A DNA stretch of 64,000 nucleotides from Narcine bancroftii (lineage: Eukaryota). Position numbers and translations under genes: made by a program. Where the stretch lies: assembly GCF_036971445.1 (NCBI RefSeq), contig NC_091473.1:206646001-206710000 (forward strand). Reading direction: 5' to 3'. Positions 37,441 through 51,200 of this stretch are shown here, one piece after another. Within the stretch, counting starts at the first letter, position 1. Every line of letters begins with the position of its first letter. A model generated the notes under the pieces. It did no database searches and was not told the DNA's origin. It saw nothing but the letters and a program-made list of their open reading frames with translations.

Positions 37441-40299
37441 TCATTATTCACTGTGGAGGGGACATCCAACATGTTAAATTTAATGGCATATGATTTCTTG
37501 CCTTTTGCCTCCATTCTTTCTTGAATAGTAATGTGAATAACGTAGAAGAGTCTTTCAATAAGTTAATAAACAATAGGTTCAGCAACAACATTGCAGAGCA
37601 TGAATTTGGCATTACAAGAAGACAACAGACAATGTTTTATTTTCATTTATTCGATTACGCTCCAGCTGTTAACTTATTCCTTAAATTAGTATGTCAGAGC
37701 CAGGTAAAATACACAGGAGTTTACATAGGTAATGAGGATGCACGGGAATACTGATAACAGCTTTGCTCGTTACATCGAAAGTTTCAGACTGCATTTTCCC
37801 GATTATATGTAAACATACGTATCTGTCCCACTCGCTGCTCTCTTATTAGGCCGAGGTCCTGTGGGTGGCAACAATTGGGAGTAGCCTAACAAATATGTGG
37901 ATGATTGTGCCGATGCCTCTTGATTCAGTACCTATTTAATTTTCACGCTGAACATTATCCCACTGAAGTCGCCGTTTATTACTAAACAGACTTTATATTC
38001 AACCCAGCATCTCTCGCATACACTAGTGCTGTTAGAATGGATAGAGCCACTCCTATACCCACTCCTATTTAATCCTCCGCACTTTTTTTTAAGTTGGTCG
38101 CCCAGAAAAGGCCCTCTCTGATCGTTTTACACATCCTTATTAAGATCTGCACCGTTTTTTTTTTCGGTTTATTCTTTTCATTCTTCAGGGTTTTAACTCG
38201 TATTGATAACTTGATCTATCAAGCTGCCACCTCTAAAGAACATTTTATTAACCCTAACTCATCCGTATTCAGTTCATATTTTACCCATATAATGCTACCG
38301 ATATAACATTAAAATCGCACCATGCTGTTATAACATTGACTTGAAATGGGGCGTACTGTAATTTGAGATTTGGTATATTCATAGTTCGGCTTTAAGCACT
38401 TTATCGTGTGTCGCCGATAGCCAATCATAAATGGGCACATCAGACAATTTTTCCCACGATATCTTCGGCCAACAGAATGCCAAAATAATATAAATACTTT
38501 CTGCCAGCATAAGATCCATAATTCTTCTTTGCTTGAATAACAATAATAATAATAATAATAATTCTAAGAGTCATTTTATTGAAACAAAATTCTGAAGCAT
38601 ATGTTATTATCACACTGATACTTAAAACAATACGCCCGGTGTAATTTCAAATCACAATGCCAAATATTCTGACTGGTGAAGCATGACTCCGGGTGTATTT
38701 TTGTTGACATTACCATCCTGGTACTCAGATGGATATTCAAAGAAATTCACAGAGACAATAATGTGAAAATATTCTGATAGATGGGGAATCGCTTTGTGTT
38801 TACTTCGACCCAGGCAATACATCACATATGAAGATATTTAAATGCCAAAACGTGCCTCGTGTTACATTTCTGTTCACAATGAGCAGAGTGTCTGTAAGAA
38901 AGAAAATATGCAGGGTAATATTATATCTGAAGTTAACACAGTTGACAGAAATAAAAATAACAACAAAAGCGACCCTTTAAAGTGACTCCTAAAACCAAAG
39001 ATGCTTTGTGGGCTATTCGTGTTTTTGATCTCACATATCTTCTACCTCATTGGAACGGGTGACCACAGTTTTCTGCAACAAACTTGAAGCTGAGGGATAT
39101 GTAATCGTGGTCGTTCGTGGAGACATCTAGAGATGGTGTGGCGTGAATAGAGCCTGCTGAAATCGGCTTTAGAAATTAATTGTTCGATACATTTTCGCCT
39201 CCATTTAAATCAGAAGTGGCTTTAATATCAAACTGAAATTAAACTATTTCGCCAGTATTCCAATAACACGGGAATATTCGCAGGATATGCAAACGCTATT
39301 GATCGTGTTACATAAATGGAATTCTGCTTTAAATTCAAGATTTAATTTATTGTCATGTAATTAAAAAATGGACGAAATTGCTTTTACCTACCAGTCTGAT
39401 TTGGCATCGTCAGAAATTGCCGGAAGTGCCTCTTACAGTCCGAGATATAGAATAAGAAGAGAGCTCCCTCTCCATTCCTTGTCAGTTCCATTAAGCCTTT
39501 TGTGAGCCACTACGAATGAACAAATCCTGTGGAAGTCCGCTATTACATTAACAGATGAATTTGATGTAAGGAAAATAGCAAAAATAATGAAAGTAATGAG
39601 ATTATGAAACGACATCTAACAAATCTGAGCGTGTGATGGGCGTAATCGAGATGTAGGAAACGCCTGGAATGGCAAGAAAATCTATGTGGGACTGAAAGCT
39701 ATTCAAGGAAATTTCAAATTTTGGCAATGGTGTTTCGTGTAATTGAGCCAATTGCCGTCTCCTGCAAGATGAGTACTGACATGAGCTCTTCCAGGTTCTG
39801 TTCAACCCTCGCAATGGTGATTGCGGATTGTGCACGGTGGTAACTCCGTCTTTTCTTCCAATAACCCCAGCTAATTTTTATCGAAAATGCAGATAATTCG
39901 AAGATAGAAATGTATCATAGATGTTGGCCCTTTTTATATTACACCGTTAATATAGATATCCATGAATCGTTTCCTGCAGCAGAGTTCAAATTAATTTCAT
40001 TCTATTACTCACCATTATTAAAATTCATGAATGAAGTGAAAATCATTTAACGAAAATCGATATACATCCTGATACATAGTTATTCCTCCATTATTTTTAT
40101 CTTTAAATAACGATGGAGTGAATCGACATCGTCCTGATCATCGTAGACAAGCAGTAACAGTCTGCGCCACTTAGAATCGAACACCTAGAAATATACTTCA
40201 AGAAAATAATATCCAGAAATTAGAAACGGAAAGGGACACAAGAAAACAGTATTCATGAATATAAACATTGGCTATTGTGCTGTTCTGACTGGGAATGGG

Positions 40300-40438
40300 A
40301 TCGTCAGACAGTAATCTAGAGGACGAGCATTTAAAAAGCAGTAGGAGATGCAAGTGTTTGTGTGCGTCTGGTAGGGGTCTGCGAGGACGGGACTGAAAAA
40401 GAGAAGGGGAGCATTTAAAATGCCCCGGGCGAGATAGG
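40300..40438 (+). mobile_element. Probable 5' end of an old CR1 LINE (continues at 45145)
   Basis: Contiguous with 45145 across the Gypsy TSD ATAGG; boundary uncertain. Confidence 0.4.
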
Positions 40439-43400
40439 TGTCACATTTGTGGCCCAAAATGTGAAGTTAATAAAACATCAAACACAAGTTTTATCAGGTA
40501 AACTTCTCAGTGTCTTTATTTTCCAGCTTCCTTTGTTCTCCTGCTTGTGCTCTTATCTCTCTCTCATACCACGTGACTTCCGGTACATCTCATACATATT
40601 CATTATCATGACATCCCTCCTTTAATCAGAAATAAACTTTACCTTCACTTACCAATATCCCTCGGAAACATACAAACATCGTAACTAATGGTAATACTAT
40701 AACTCAACTACATAAAATTTACTTCCTACAGCACTCATACATGCACTTTATGATATAAGATTAAAATACTGTCCCAAAGTTCTTAATAAAACTATGGCAC
40801 AAAGTCTTCGTATCGTTTGGGCGCTTTCCAGTTTCGTTTCGGCCTGCCTGCGATATTGTCGTCACTTCTCGGTTGTTCACTCTCGGCATCGGAAATACTG
40901 CTCGCCACAGCTTCGGGTGTTTCTGGCGTTCTAGTCACTTCATCAGGAGTGCTGGTAACTGCCTCTGGAATATCATCAGGTTTCTCAGTTTCAGCATCTC
41001 GTATTTGCCTTTCAACCTCTTCGCTCGATGTATCTCTGGACTGGTACCTTTCTACACCTGATACATTTCTCTTATACAGTCGGAGACTTGACTGTCACTT
41101 CTGGATACGACAGTATAGGGTTGATGGTAATAAGGTGTGTCTAGCTTAGCACCAGTTTCATGCCTCACTAGAACATTATCTCCTGGCATGATGTCTGAGT
41201 ACTTGGCTCCACGTTTTGAATCTGTGTACAGCTTTGCTGCACCTTTCTTTTCAGCATCGTGGTCCCTCATCTCCTAGTCGTCTCGGATTTCCTTTATTTC
41301 TGGCATTTTTGTGCGGATTTTTCTCCCAAAAAATGCTTCTGCAGGACTTTTTCCAGTGGTTGCATGAGGCGTTGCTCGATAGACAGCCACATAAGATAGC
41401 AATGCTTCTCGCCAATTTTGTCCTTCTGCGTGTGCAATCCGCAATCGTTTTTCAATGGACTGATTTTGTCTCTCTACTTCTCCATTGGCTTGCGGCCATT
41501 TCGGAGTTACTTTATGATGGTGGATACCTGTGGTCCTCATGTATTCTGCAAATGTCTCTGAAATGAATTGTGGACCATTGTCAGAGTATAATGTAACAGG
41601 TAATCCATATCTTGCGAATATCTCTGCTAATGCTTGTATTGTTTTTTCAGTGGTTGTGGACTTCAACACCACGTACTCATAGTATCTGCTGTAGTAATCT
41701 ATCACTACCATAATTGATTCACCCGTCGGTAAAGGTCAAAGAAAATCAACAGCTACGTCGATCCATGGTCCTGTCGGGAGTTGCGTACTCTGGATCGGTT
41801 CTGGCAGATTACTCCTACTTGTGATCTGACATCCGTGACAAGTTTTAACAAATTTATCTGCGTCTTTATCACAACCTGGCCACCATACCTTAGTCCTGTG
41901 GTTTTGCTTGGTACCAACAATGCCTCGGTGTCCTTCATGCGCTAAGGATACAATCTTCGGTCCCAATCTTTGCGGTATCACCAATCTGCAACCTCTCAAT
42001 ACACACTGTCTGATGCAACAAAGTTCGTCTCTAATGGGAATGTAAGCCTTGTGAGTACATTTGTCCCATTGTCCACTCTGTATGCATTCTCTTACTTCCA
42101 TGAGTTCTGGAACACGTTCGGATTCTCTCTCGACTTCCTTTGTAGTCACAGCTTTCGGTGTCAACTGAATAGCTACGAAGCGTACAAAGCTCTCTGTTTC
42201 TGTTCCCAATTCTGACCTTCACCAATCTGGACAGCGGATCTGCAATGTTTGTTTTCCCTGCAATGTGGATTACTTTATATTTGTAGGGTTGTAATCTGAG
42301 TACCCATCTCTCTATTCTGGCACATGGTTTGGATCTCGGTGCATAGATCACCTCTAATGGCTTATGATCTGTGATGAGTTCAAATTCAATGCCGTATAAA
42401 TATGCATGGAACCTCTCACAGGCCCATACAAGTCCGGGTGCTTCTTTCTCTGTCTGAGAGTATCTTCTTTCCACATCTGATAACGATTGCTGGCATAGGC
42501 AATGATTCTTGGTCCTCCATCATGCATCTGGACCAACACGGCTCCTAAAACAACTGGGCTGGCATCCACTATGACTTTGGTTGATGCCGCCGGATCATAA
42601 TGTCGAAGAGTTTTTGCATCTGTCAAGCTTTGCTTTAGCGCTGTGAACGCTTTCTTCTGCTCAGATCCAAAATGAAATGATACACCTTTCCTGGTTAGTT
42701 TCCTTAGTGGTTCTGCTACTGTAGCGAAATTAGGAATGAACTTTGCACAAAAATTGACCAATCCCAGGAAACTCCTCACCTCTGTTGCGTTCTGAGGTGC
42801 ACGTGCCTCTGCAATAGCTTTCTCCTTGGCCTCTGCAGGGTTTAGTCCTTCCCGTGTAAGTCTGTGTCCCATGAAGTCCATTTCTGACACACCGAACTGG
42901 CACTTGTTTCCATTCACAGTAAGGCCTGCCTCCTGTAACCTAGATAGTACACGCCTCAACCGTTTGTCATGCTCTTCCTTCGTTGGTGCATGGACTATGA
43001 TGTCGTCAGAAATGTTGGCAACTCCAGGAATGCCTTGAATCACTCGATGAATTTCATACTGGTAGATCTCCGAAGCTGCAGTAATTCCAAATGATAGTCT
43101 CTTGTAACGATACAATCCACAGTGAGTCACAAATGTTGTTACATCTCGGGAACCTGAATCCAGCTCTAATTGATGATAGCCCCATTTCAGATCATTTTTG
43201 AGAATACCTTGCTGGTAGTTAGTTCTTGAAGTATTTCCTCCACTGTTGGTATAGGGTGTCGTTCTCTAATTATAGCTTCATTGGCCATTCTCATGTCAAC
43301 ACATAGTCTTATGTCACCCTTTGGTTTGGGCACAATCACTACGGGACTGACCCATTGTGTCGAATGTTCCACCGGTTCAATAATGTCTTGTTCGATCAGT

Positions 43401-45144
43401 TCTTTAATTTTGGCTTCGACTTTCCCACGAAGTCCAAACGGAGTTCGGCGCATTGGTTGTGCCTTGGGTTTGACCGTTTCATCTATCGCTAGCTTCAATT
43501 GTCGACCTTTCAGCTTTCCTACTCCTTGGAAGACTGTGGGGAATTCTTGCTTCATATCCTCGTATGACTGAATTGAATTGACACAAGCTCCAATATGAAG
43601 TATTGCCAGGTCTTGCGCTGTGCTTCTACTCAGCAATGGTTCTCCCCTCTCTTCTATGACCATAAACTCTGCTTCGGTGTACTTATCTCCAGCTTCAACA
43701 GTTGCAGTAAAACATCCAATGGTCTGCAATGCCTTGGTTTCTGTGGATGGATACAGATTTTTGGAACACTTCTTTGAGGTACAGATGATCATTTTCCTTT
43801 TCAACTTCTCCCATAAATGTCGATCAATCACATTACTGTCACTGCCTGAGTCTACAATGACCTGCACTGTCACACCACCAATGATCACTGGGACCTTCTC
43901 ATGATGTACTTCATTCAACGTAAATTGGTAACAACTCTGTTCCTCCTGGGAATCATCATCGTCACCGTCTATCTGGCGAATGGTATCTTTCTTTCCAGGA
44001 TACTTTCCTTTCCCCCAGGCTTTGCCTTTGGAAGTTGTACTCTTCCTCTTCTGGTCTGCATTTGACTTGCTTTTGCACTTCTTTGCAAAGTGGTCCTTAC
44101 CTCCACACTTTCTGCAAACTTTGCCTTTGGCCGGGCAATATAGGTCTTTTCCAAAGTGACCTCAGTTTCCACATCGATAACACTCCACGTCCTGTGTCGA
44201 CGTATATCTTGGCTGGTTATGGCGATGTGAGAGCCTCTTAATTTGCTGGCTTGAGTTGTCTTTAAAGGTCATGGTATGAAATTTCCCTTCAACAGCCTCT
44301 AATGCAGCAGCAATGGCTAAAGCATTGGTGAGTTCCAACTCACTCCCTCTTTCTAGTAGACGTCTTCTGACTTTATCTGATTTGCAGAGCTGTACAACTT
44401 GATCCAATAATTAGTTGTCCAAATCAGCTGGCATGTAATTGCATCCAACAGCTAGCTGGCGTAGTCTCGTCACGTACTGAGCAATTGTCTGGCCATCTTC
44501 TTGTCTCGTTCTCCAAAACAAATGGCGTTGAAATGTAGCATTCAGTGTCACTACATAGTGAGCATTTACTGCATCTACCACTTTCCGGTACTCATCCTTT
44601 CTTCCAGTGTTCAAAAGTGTCTTAAATGTTTCCCGAACTGCGGGTCCAGCAGTGAAAAGAAGTAACGCCCTTCTCTGCGCTTTTTGTTCAACCGTACCGG
44701 TATCTAGAAATAGGCCACGACTGTCGGCATAGGATTCAAATTCTTCCAGCCATGCCTTCCACTTCACACTTACAGTGCTTGCATCACCCGTTGGGTCAAA
44801 ATGAGCAACTCCACTATGTGTTAGAAAGTCACCGTCTGCACCAGCCATGAGGAAATATTCCAGCCCCAAAAGTACTGAGTCAAAGAGAAAATTCTTATCA
44901 CCTTGAAGTTCTCTGTACTCTTCTTTAGTCTTTAATTTTCTTCAAGCTTCATCCCATCCTCGTCGCCAATGTCACATTTGTTGCCCGAAATGTGAAGTTA
45001 ATAAAACATCAAACACAAGTTTTATCAGGTAAACTTCTCAGTGTCTTTATTTTATAGCTTCCTTTGTTCTCCTGCTTGTGCTCTTATCTCTCTCTCATAC
45101 CACGTGACTTCCGGTACATCTCATACATATTCATTATTATGACA
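40439..45144 (-). mobile_element. Complete Ty3/Gypsy LTR retrotransposon (4.7 kb, 175-bp LTRs), few frameshifts/stops
   Basis: LTRs 40439-40613 and 44970-45144 (TG..CA, about 5 differences); TSD ATAGG at 40434-38 and 45145-49; PPT adjoining 40614. gag 44411-44869/44162-44407 (CYRCG), PR IVDSGS, RT ISDDII, RH VDAS, IN VVIDYYSRY/SDNGPQF. Confidence 0.97.
44952..44968 (-). promoter_or_regulatory. Primer binding site complementary to tRNA-Ser(GCU) 3' end
   Basis: TGGCGACGAGGATGGGA lies 1 nt after the 5' LTR. The plus strand TCCCATCCTCGTCGCCA matches the vertebrate tRNA-Ser(GCT) 3' end + CCA as I recall it. Confidence 0.8.
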
Positions 45145-46241
45145 ATAGGTGCCTATTTAAATATCGGCATTGCTAATTACCTATTGCACATAAAAGGATG
45201 CGAAGCACAAGTTGAGCGCCCATTGTTGGAGTGGCCAGCTTGTGATCAGTCTAACGGAGGCGTAAGAAGTTGAGGCTTTGGCTCGAGAGGTTTACAGCGA
45301 GCATAGGATTAGTTATAAATAGGTTTAAGCAAGATAAAGACAGTTTTTTGCTCTTTAATAGACAGTGGGAAAGACTGTCAGGATAGGAACATGCTCCCCT
45401 CTCAGATTGTGGATCGTCAAGGAAGAGAACAGTTTCCTTAACTGATTCATCTGTGAGAAGTGCATCCAAATACAGATCCTTGTAAACGGCTTAAGGTAAT
45501 GGCAGCTGCAGTTGTATGAATTCCGGGTCATTGGAGAAGCAGAGGGTTTCAAACACAGGAGTTAGTATGACACATTCATGCCTCGGAATCAAAATGAAGG
45601 TTGCTGTGTTTCAATCAGGTGAGGGAATGTAAAAAGATATACAGTGTAGGACACCCCTTTTGTCATCCCCCTGAGCAACGTACACCCATTTATGGCAGAA
45701 ACCAAACAAATAGCAGAGTGCTTGGCTCTGAGCCTCTGAAAGGAATAGTGAAGTCACGAAGAGCGATAGTTATAAAAGGCTTGATAATCACGGGAACCGG
45801 TAGGAGATTCTGTGTCGCAAAGGCCACTCCAGGACATTGTACAGACTCCCATGCGCTCGAATCGGATGTTTCTGTGCTGGTGCCGAATGTTATTAAATAG
45901 GTTTGAAAAAGCTCCAATAGCTTGGCTCATCCTTGGAATCAGGAGGAATAATCCATGGAAATTTGGTTGCGTAGATTATGCCTTTTCACGCCTATGAGAC
46001 AGACGATTATCGTAGATAGGGCGTATTGTGCCCCATGGTCGATTTTTTTTTGTGATCTGCCGCAGTGATATGGTGTAGAGGTGTTGTTGGATAGTATTGT
46101 AGATTCCTCGGTGGTTACGTGTGCTGTGCATAGTATGGATCATTTTGTAGATTATAACGGATGAAAATTTGGGCGGTGAACAGACAGATGAAGATTATAC
46201 CGAAAATGTGTGACAAGATGCACATTGGATTATTGTACTTC
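45145..46241 (+). mobile_element. Old CR1 LINE, middle piece (esterase-type ORF1 relic + deleted RT relic)
   Basis: ORF 45601-45900 RRAIVIKGLIITGTGRRFC resembles CR1 ORF1 RAIVIGDSIVRGTDRRFC. RT-like remnants at 45970-46240. Confidence 0.65.
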
Positions 46242-46387
46242 AAGGAAGAGAGGGGAGGAGTCACGTGATGGAGTAGTGGCCGGACGGTGAACTCCAGCCC
46301 TCTCCAGAAAAGTCGGGAAAAACGAGAGAAAATACAAAGGCACAGAAATACAAGTTAAAGAAAAGTGAATATAAAGGTGGAAAGAAG

Positions 46388-47617
46388 ATGGAGACAAAAG
46401 GAGAAAAATCAAAATCAACGGAACGAAGAGAGGAAGAGAAGACAACGGAGGAAAAAGGTGAAGGCCTTACCTGTCCGAAGAGGCCCGCTGTGGAGAGAAG
46501 ACCCCACTACCTCAGGTCGGTAGAAAAAGAACTACAACAATGGCTCACAGAGCCGAGTAAAAGTGCGCAACCGCGCATGCGCGACTCCTCGCGCATGCGC
46601 GATGCGCATACAAAAAAACACACCGACGGGAGGGGGGACCAGCTGGGGAGTCGATCTCCACAGCCGGCAACGACAGCTGCAGAACACCTGCAGCAAGAAG
46701 ACACCACAGAAGACAATGGAAACAAGAAAGAAGAGGAGGAAAGGGCAGCAAAGAAACAACAGATGGTCAACCTAGAGGAAGAAGAAGAGGAAGAGGAAGA
46801 GTACAGGGAAATAGAAGAAGAAAAGATAGGCAAGGTAAAGGAGGTACTTGCTCTTGTTAGAGGATACATGGAGTCATTTAAAGAATGGCAAACACAGGAA
46901 TTCAATGATTTAAGAAGAAGAATAAACAACACAGAAAAGAAAATAAATAAAATGGATATGACCTTAACAGAAATGGGGAAAAAAATGGACAAGATGGAAG
47001 AACGGGCAATAGCAGCAGAAATGGAGGTAGAAGACTTAAAAAAGAAATTGGAGGAATCTAATAAAAAAACTAAAGAGACACAAGAATTACTAGCCCAAAA
47101 AATAGATATAATGGAAAATTATAACAGAAGAAATAACATAAAGATAGTGGGCCTTAAGGAAGATGTAGAAGGCAAGAATATGAGGGAGTTTATAAAAGAA
47201 TGGATCCCTAAGGCCCTAGGATGTCCAGAACTACAGCAAGAAATGGAAATAGAAAGGGCACATAGAGCATTGGCCCCTAAACCACAACCACAACAAAAAC
47301 CAAGATCTATTGTAGTAAAATTCCTAAGATATACTACAAGAGAAAAGGTGCTGGAGAAGACAATGGAAAAAGTAAGAGAGGGCAACAAACCACTGGAGTA
47401 TAAAGGGCAAAAAATCTTCATTTATCCAGATATAAGCTTTGAACTCCTAAAGAAGAGAAAAGAGTTCAATGCAGCAAAAGCGATTTTATGGAAGAAAGGA
47501 TATAAATTTACACTGAAGCATCCTGCGGTATTGAAAATATTTATTCCAGGACAACAAAACAGACTATTCTCGGATCCAGAAGAAGCACGAAAATTTGCAG
47601 AACAATTACAAAAATAG
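46388..47617 (+). CDS. L1 ORF1p (coiled coil, RRM, CTD), 409 aa
   Basis: Coiled coil followed by MENYNRRNNIKIVGLKE, EIERAHR, PRSIVVKF, IYPDIS, KHPAVLKI. Confidence 0.95.
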   Translation: METKGEKSKSTERREEEKTTEEKGEGLTCPKRPAVERRPHYLRSVEKELQQWLTEPSKSAQPRMRDSSRMRDAHTKKHTDGRGDQLGSRSPQPATTAAEHLQQEDTTEDNGNKKEEEERAAKKQQMVNLEEEEEEEEEYREIEEEKIGKVKEVLALVRGYMESFKEWQTQEFNDLRRRINNTEKKINKMDMTLTEMGKKMDKMEERAIAAEMEVEDLKKKLEESNKKTKETQELLAQKIDIMENYNRRNNIKIVGLKEDVEGKNMREFIKEWIPKALGCPELQQEMEIERAHRALAPKPQPQQKPRSIVVKFLRYTTREKVLEKTMEKVREGNKPLEYKGQKIFIYPDISFELLKKRKEFNAAKAILWKKGYKFTLKHPAVLKIFIPGQQNRLFSDPEEARKFAEQLQK

Positions 47618-47756
47618 ACTGAGGGATGAAGACGGGTAATGAGAGCAAAAATTATCACGATTGATATGTATGTGGGTAAAGACAAAAATAGACTGAGGGA
47701 TGAAGACGGGTAAGGAGGGTAAAAATGACCACGATTGATATGTATGCGGGTAAAGA
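47609..47756 (+). repeat. 74-bp tandem duplication at the ORF1 stop / inter-ORF spacer
   Basis: CAAAAATAGACTGAGGGATGAAGACGGGTAA...CACGATTGATATGTATG(T/C)GGGTAAAGA begins at 47609 and again at 47683. Confidence 0.9.
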
Positions 47757-48217
47757 GGTATAAGAGTGAATAGAGACAACGGGCATATGTGAAAGTATCT
47801 GTAATTAGAGGAAAACATAGAAAGTATAGACAAGAATTAATAAGGGAAGGTAATGGAATAGAGAGAATAAGGAGGGAACTAAAAGAGTGACCTTTGTGAC
47901 ATATAAAAAACGAAATCTTTTCTGGGGGTGGCTGGGTGGGGGGAAAAGAGCGGTCACTGCAAAATCAGTTGACGCTTGCGAGTGGATTCGCAAATCCAAA
48001 TGGAGAGGGGAGATGTGGTTGTCCGACAAGGGATAAAGGGCAACTCAGGAGGGGAAGGGGAGATTGGGGATAAAGAAGATAGAAATAGGAGAATAAGGAA
48101 AATGTTGGATGTTGTAGGAATGTTGTCTGGTAAAGAGTTGAAAATAAGAAAACAGAAATGGAAAAGGAGGAAAGGTAATGATGGAAAAACGGAAAGAGAA
48201 GATAAACAAAATATAAA

Positions 48218-51200
48218 ATGGCTACGCTGAACTATATGACTCTAAATATTAATGGAATACATAACCAAATTAAAAGGAAGAAACTACTAAATTTACTGAA
48301 AAAGGAAAAAATAGATATAGCATTTGTCCAAGAAACACATTTAACTGAATTGGAGCACAAGAAATTAAAGAGAGATTGGGTAGGACATGCAACAGCAGCA
48401 TCGTATAATTCAAAAGCAAGAGGAGTGGCTATATTAATTAGCAAAAATGTGCCATTTAAAATAGAAGAGGAAATAATAGATCCAGCAGGGAGATATGTTA
48501 TGATAAAATGTCAGATATATTCAGAGCTTTGGAATCTACTTAATATATATTCACCTAACGAAGAAGATCAAAAGTTTATGCAAGATATCTTTTTGAAGGT
48601 AGCTAATACGCAAGGGAACATACTAATAGGAGGGGATTTCAATCTGAATTTGGATCCAAATATGGATAAAACGGGGAAAAAAATTAACAGGAAGAACAAA
48701 GTAACCAAATTTATAATTAAATCAATGCAAGAAATGAAACTTGTGGACATATGGAGGAAACAAAACCCAAAAGAAAAGGAATACTCATACTACTCGACTA
48801 GACATAAAACATACTCAAGGATAGACCTATTCCTGTTATCAGCCCACATACAAGGGAGAGTTAGGAAAACGGAATATAAAGCTAGACTATTATCGGACCA
48901 CTCACCCCTGTTATTGGCAATAGAGCTAGAAGACATCCCTCCAAGAATGTATAGATGGAGATTAAACCCCATGCTACTTAAAAGACAGGATTTTAGAGAA
49001 TTTATTGAAAAACAATTAAAAATGTACTTTGAAGTAAATACGGAATCAGTGGAAGATAAGTTTATACTATGGGACGCAATGAAAGCATTCATTAGAGGGC
49101 AAATAATAAGTTATGCAACCAAGATGAAGAAGGACTATAATCAGGAAACAGAGCAGTTGGAAAGGGAAATAATAAACATAGAAAAAAAATTAGCAATAAA
49201 GGAAGATACAACCAAAAGAAGAGAATTGGCGGATAAAAAAATAAAATATGAAACATTACAAACATATAAGGTGGAGAAGAATATAATGAAGACAAAACAG
49301 AAATATTATGAACTAGGGGAAAAAACACACAAAATCCTAGCATGGCAGCTTAAGACAGAGCAAACTAAGAAAACGGTATTGGCAACAAGGAAAAAAGACA
49401 AACAAATTACATATAATCCAAAAGAAATTAAGGAAAACTTCAGAGAATTCTATGAACAATTATACCGAACCGAAAACGAAGGGAAAGAAGGGAAAATAGA
49501 TGAATTTTTGACTAAAATTGAACTACCAAAACTACAAATAGAGGAACAAAATAAATTAACAGAACCATTTGGAACAGTAGAAATACAAGAGATAATAAAA
49601 AATTTACCAAATAATAAGACACCAGGAGAGGATGGACTCCCAATAGAATTCTACAAAACATTTAAAGACCTAATAATACCGCCCCTCCTGGATGTAATCA
49701 ACCAGATTGATGAGACACAAAACTTACCAGATTCATGTAAAACAGCAATAATTACAGTGATACTAAAACAAGGGAAAGATCCACTCTCACCAGCGTCATA
49801 TAGACCAATATCTTTGCTAAACACAGATTATAAGATAATAGCTAAACTATTAGCGAACAGATTAGCAGAACAGGTACCGAAAATGGTAAATTTAGACCAA
49901 ACTGGATTTATCAAAAAAAGACGCACAACAGACAATATTTGTAAATTTATTAACTTAATTCATGCAGTAGAAGGAAATAAAGCACCGGCAGTAGCAGTTG
50001 CTTTAGACGCAGAGAAGGCCTTCGACAGAGTAGAATGGAATTACTTGTTCAAAGTATTGCAAAAATTCAGTTTACCGGAGAAGTATATTAATTGGATTAA
50101 AGCATTATATAAGGGACCGTTAGCGAAAGTGACAGTAAATGGACATGTATCAAAGCAATTTAACTTAAGCAGGTCAACGCGGCAGGGATGCCCACTATCA
50201 CCATTATTGTTTGCGCTAGCTATAGAACCACTAGCAGAATCGATAAGAAGAGATAATAATATAAAAGGAATAAAAATAAAAGACAGGGAATATAAAATCA
50301 GTCTGTTTGCGGATGATGTGATAGTGTACTTAACAGAACCAGAACTATCAATAAAAGAACTATATAAGAAATTGAAGGAATATGGAGAAGTGTCGGGATA
50401 CAAGATAAACGTAAATAAAAGTGAAGCAATGCCTATGAATAACGCGGATTTCTCAAAATTTAAGGAGGAATCCCCATTCAGATGGCAAACGCAGGCAATA
50501 AGATACCTAGGTGTGCAAATAAACAAAAATCTAGGCCAATTATATAAACTCAATTACAATCCACTAATGAAAAAACTACAGGACGATTTAGAGCATTGGA
50601 AAGAGCTACCACTAACACTGATAGGAAGGATAAACTGTATTAAAATGAACATTTTTCCAAGGATACTATACTTATTTCAGGCATTGCCAATACAACTGAC
50701 AGAAAAATTCTTCAAAGAGTTAAAGAAAATAATAAGGAGATTTTTATGGAGAGGGGGGAAACCGAGGATAGCACTAGACAAATTAACAGAATGGTATAAA
50801 CAAGGAGGCTTACAATTGCCAAACTTCAAAAATTATTATAGAGCCGCACAATTAAGGTACCTATCAGATTTTTATCAAACAAGGGAAAAACCAGACTGGA
50901 CGAGACTAGAATTAGATAAAATAGGGGAAAAGATACCTGAACACATATTATATAAATGGGACGAAAAATTGGTACAACATAGAACTTCTCCAGTATTACA
51001 CCATCTCCTCAATATATGGAAGAAGATACATGTAGAAAGAAATAAAATAAATTACCAAATACCAAAACTAATATTGACGCAAAATAAGCTACTCCCTTTT
51101 ACAATAGACAACCTTGCCTTTAGAAAATGGGAAAAAAAAGGGATTAAAAGAATAGAAAATTGTTTTTCAGGAAGTAGATTCTTATCCTTTGAACAAATGA

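Noticed and set aside
37685-37740. Minus-strand VNSCVFYLALT resembling DSAVYYCAL
   Set aside because: No supporting framework upstream and no heptamer/nonamer downstream.
38590-38760. DS-GVYFC-like string suggesting a third V relic
   Set aside because: It needs several frameshifts; no first Cys/Trp and no correctly spaced RSS.
46507-46992. 161-aa hydrophobic antisense ORF in L1 ORF1
   Set aside because: Expected shadow of the A/G-rich sense strand; no independent evidence.
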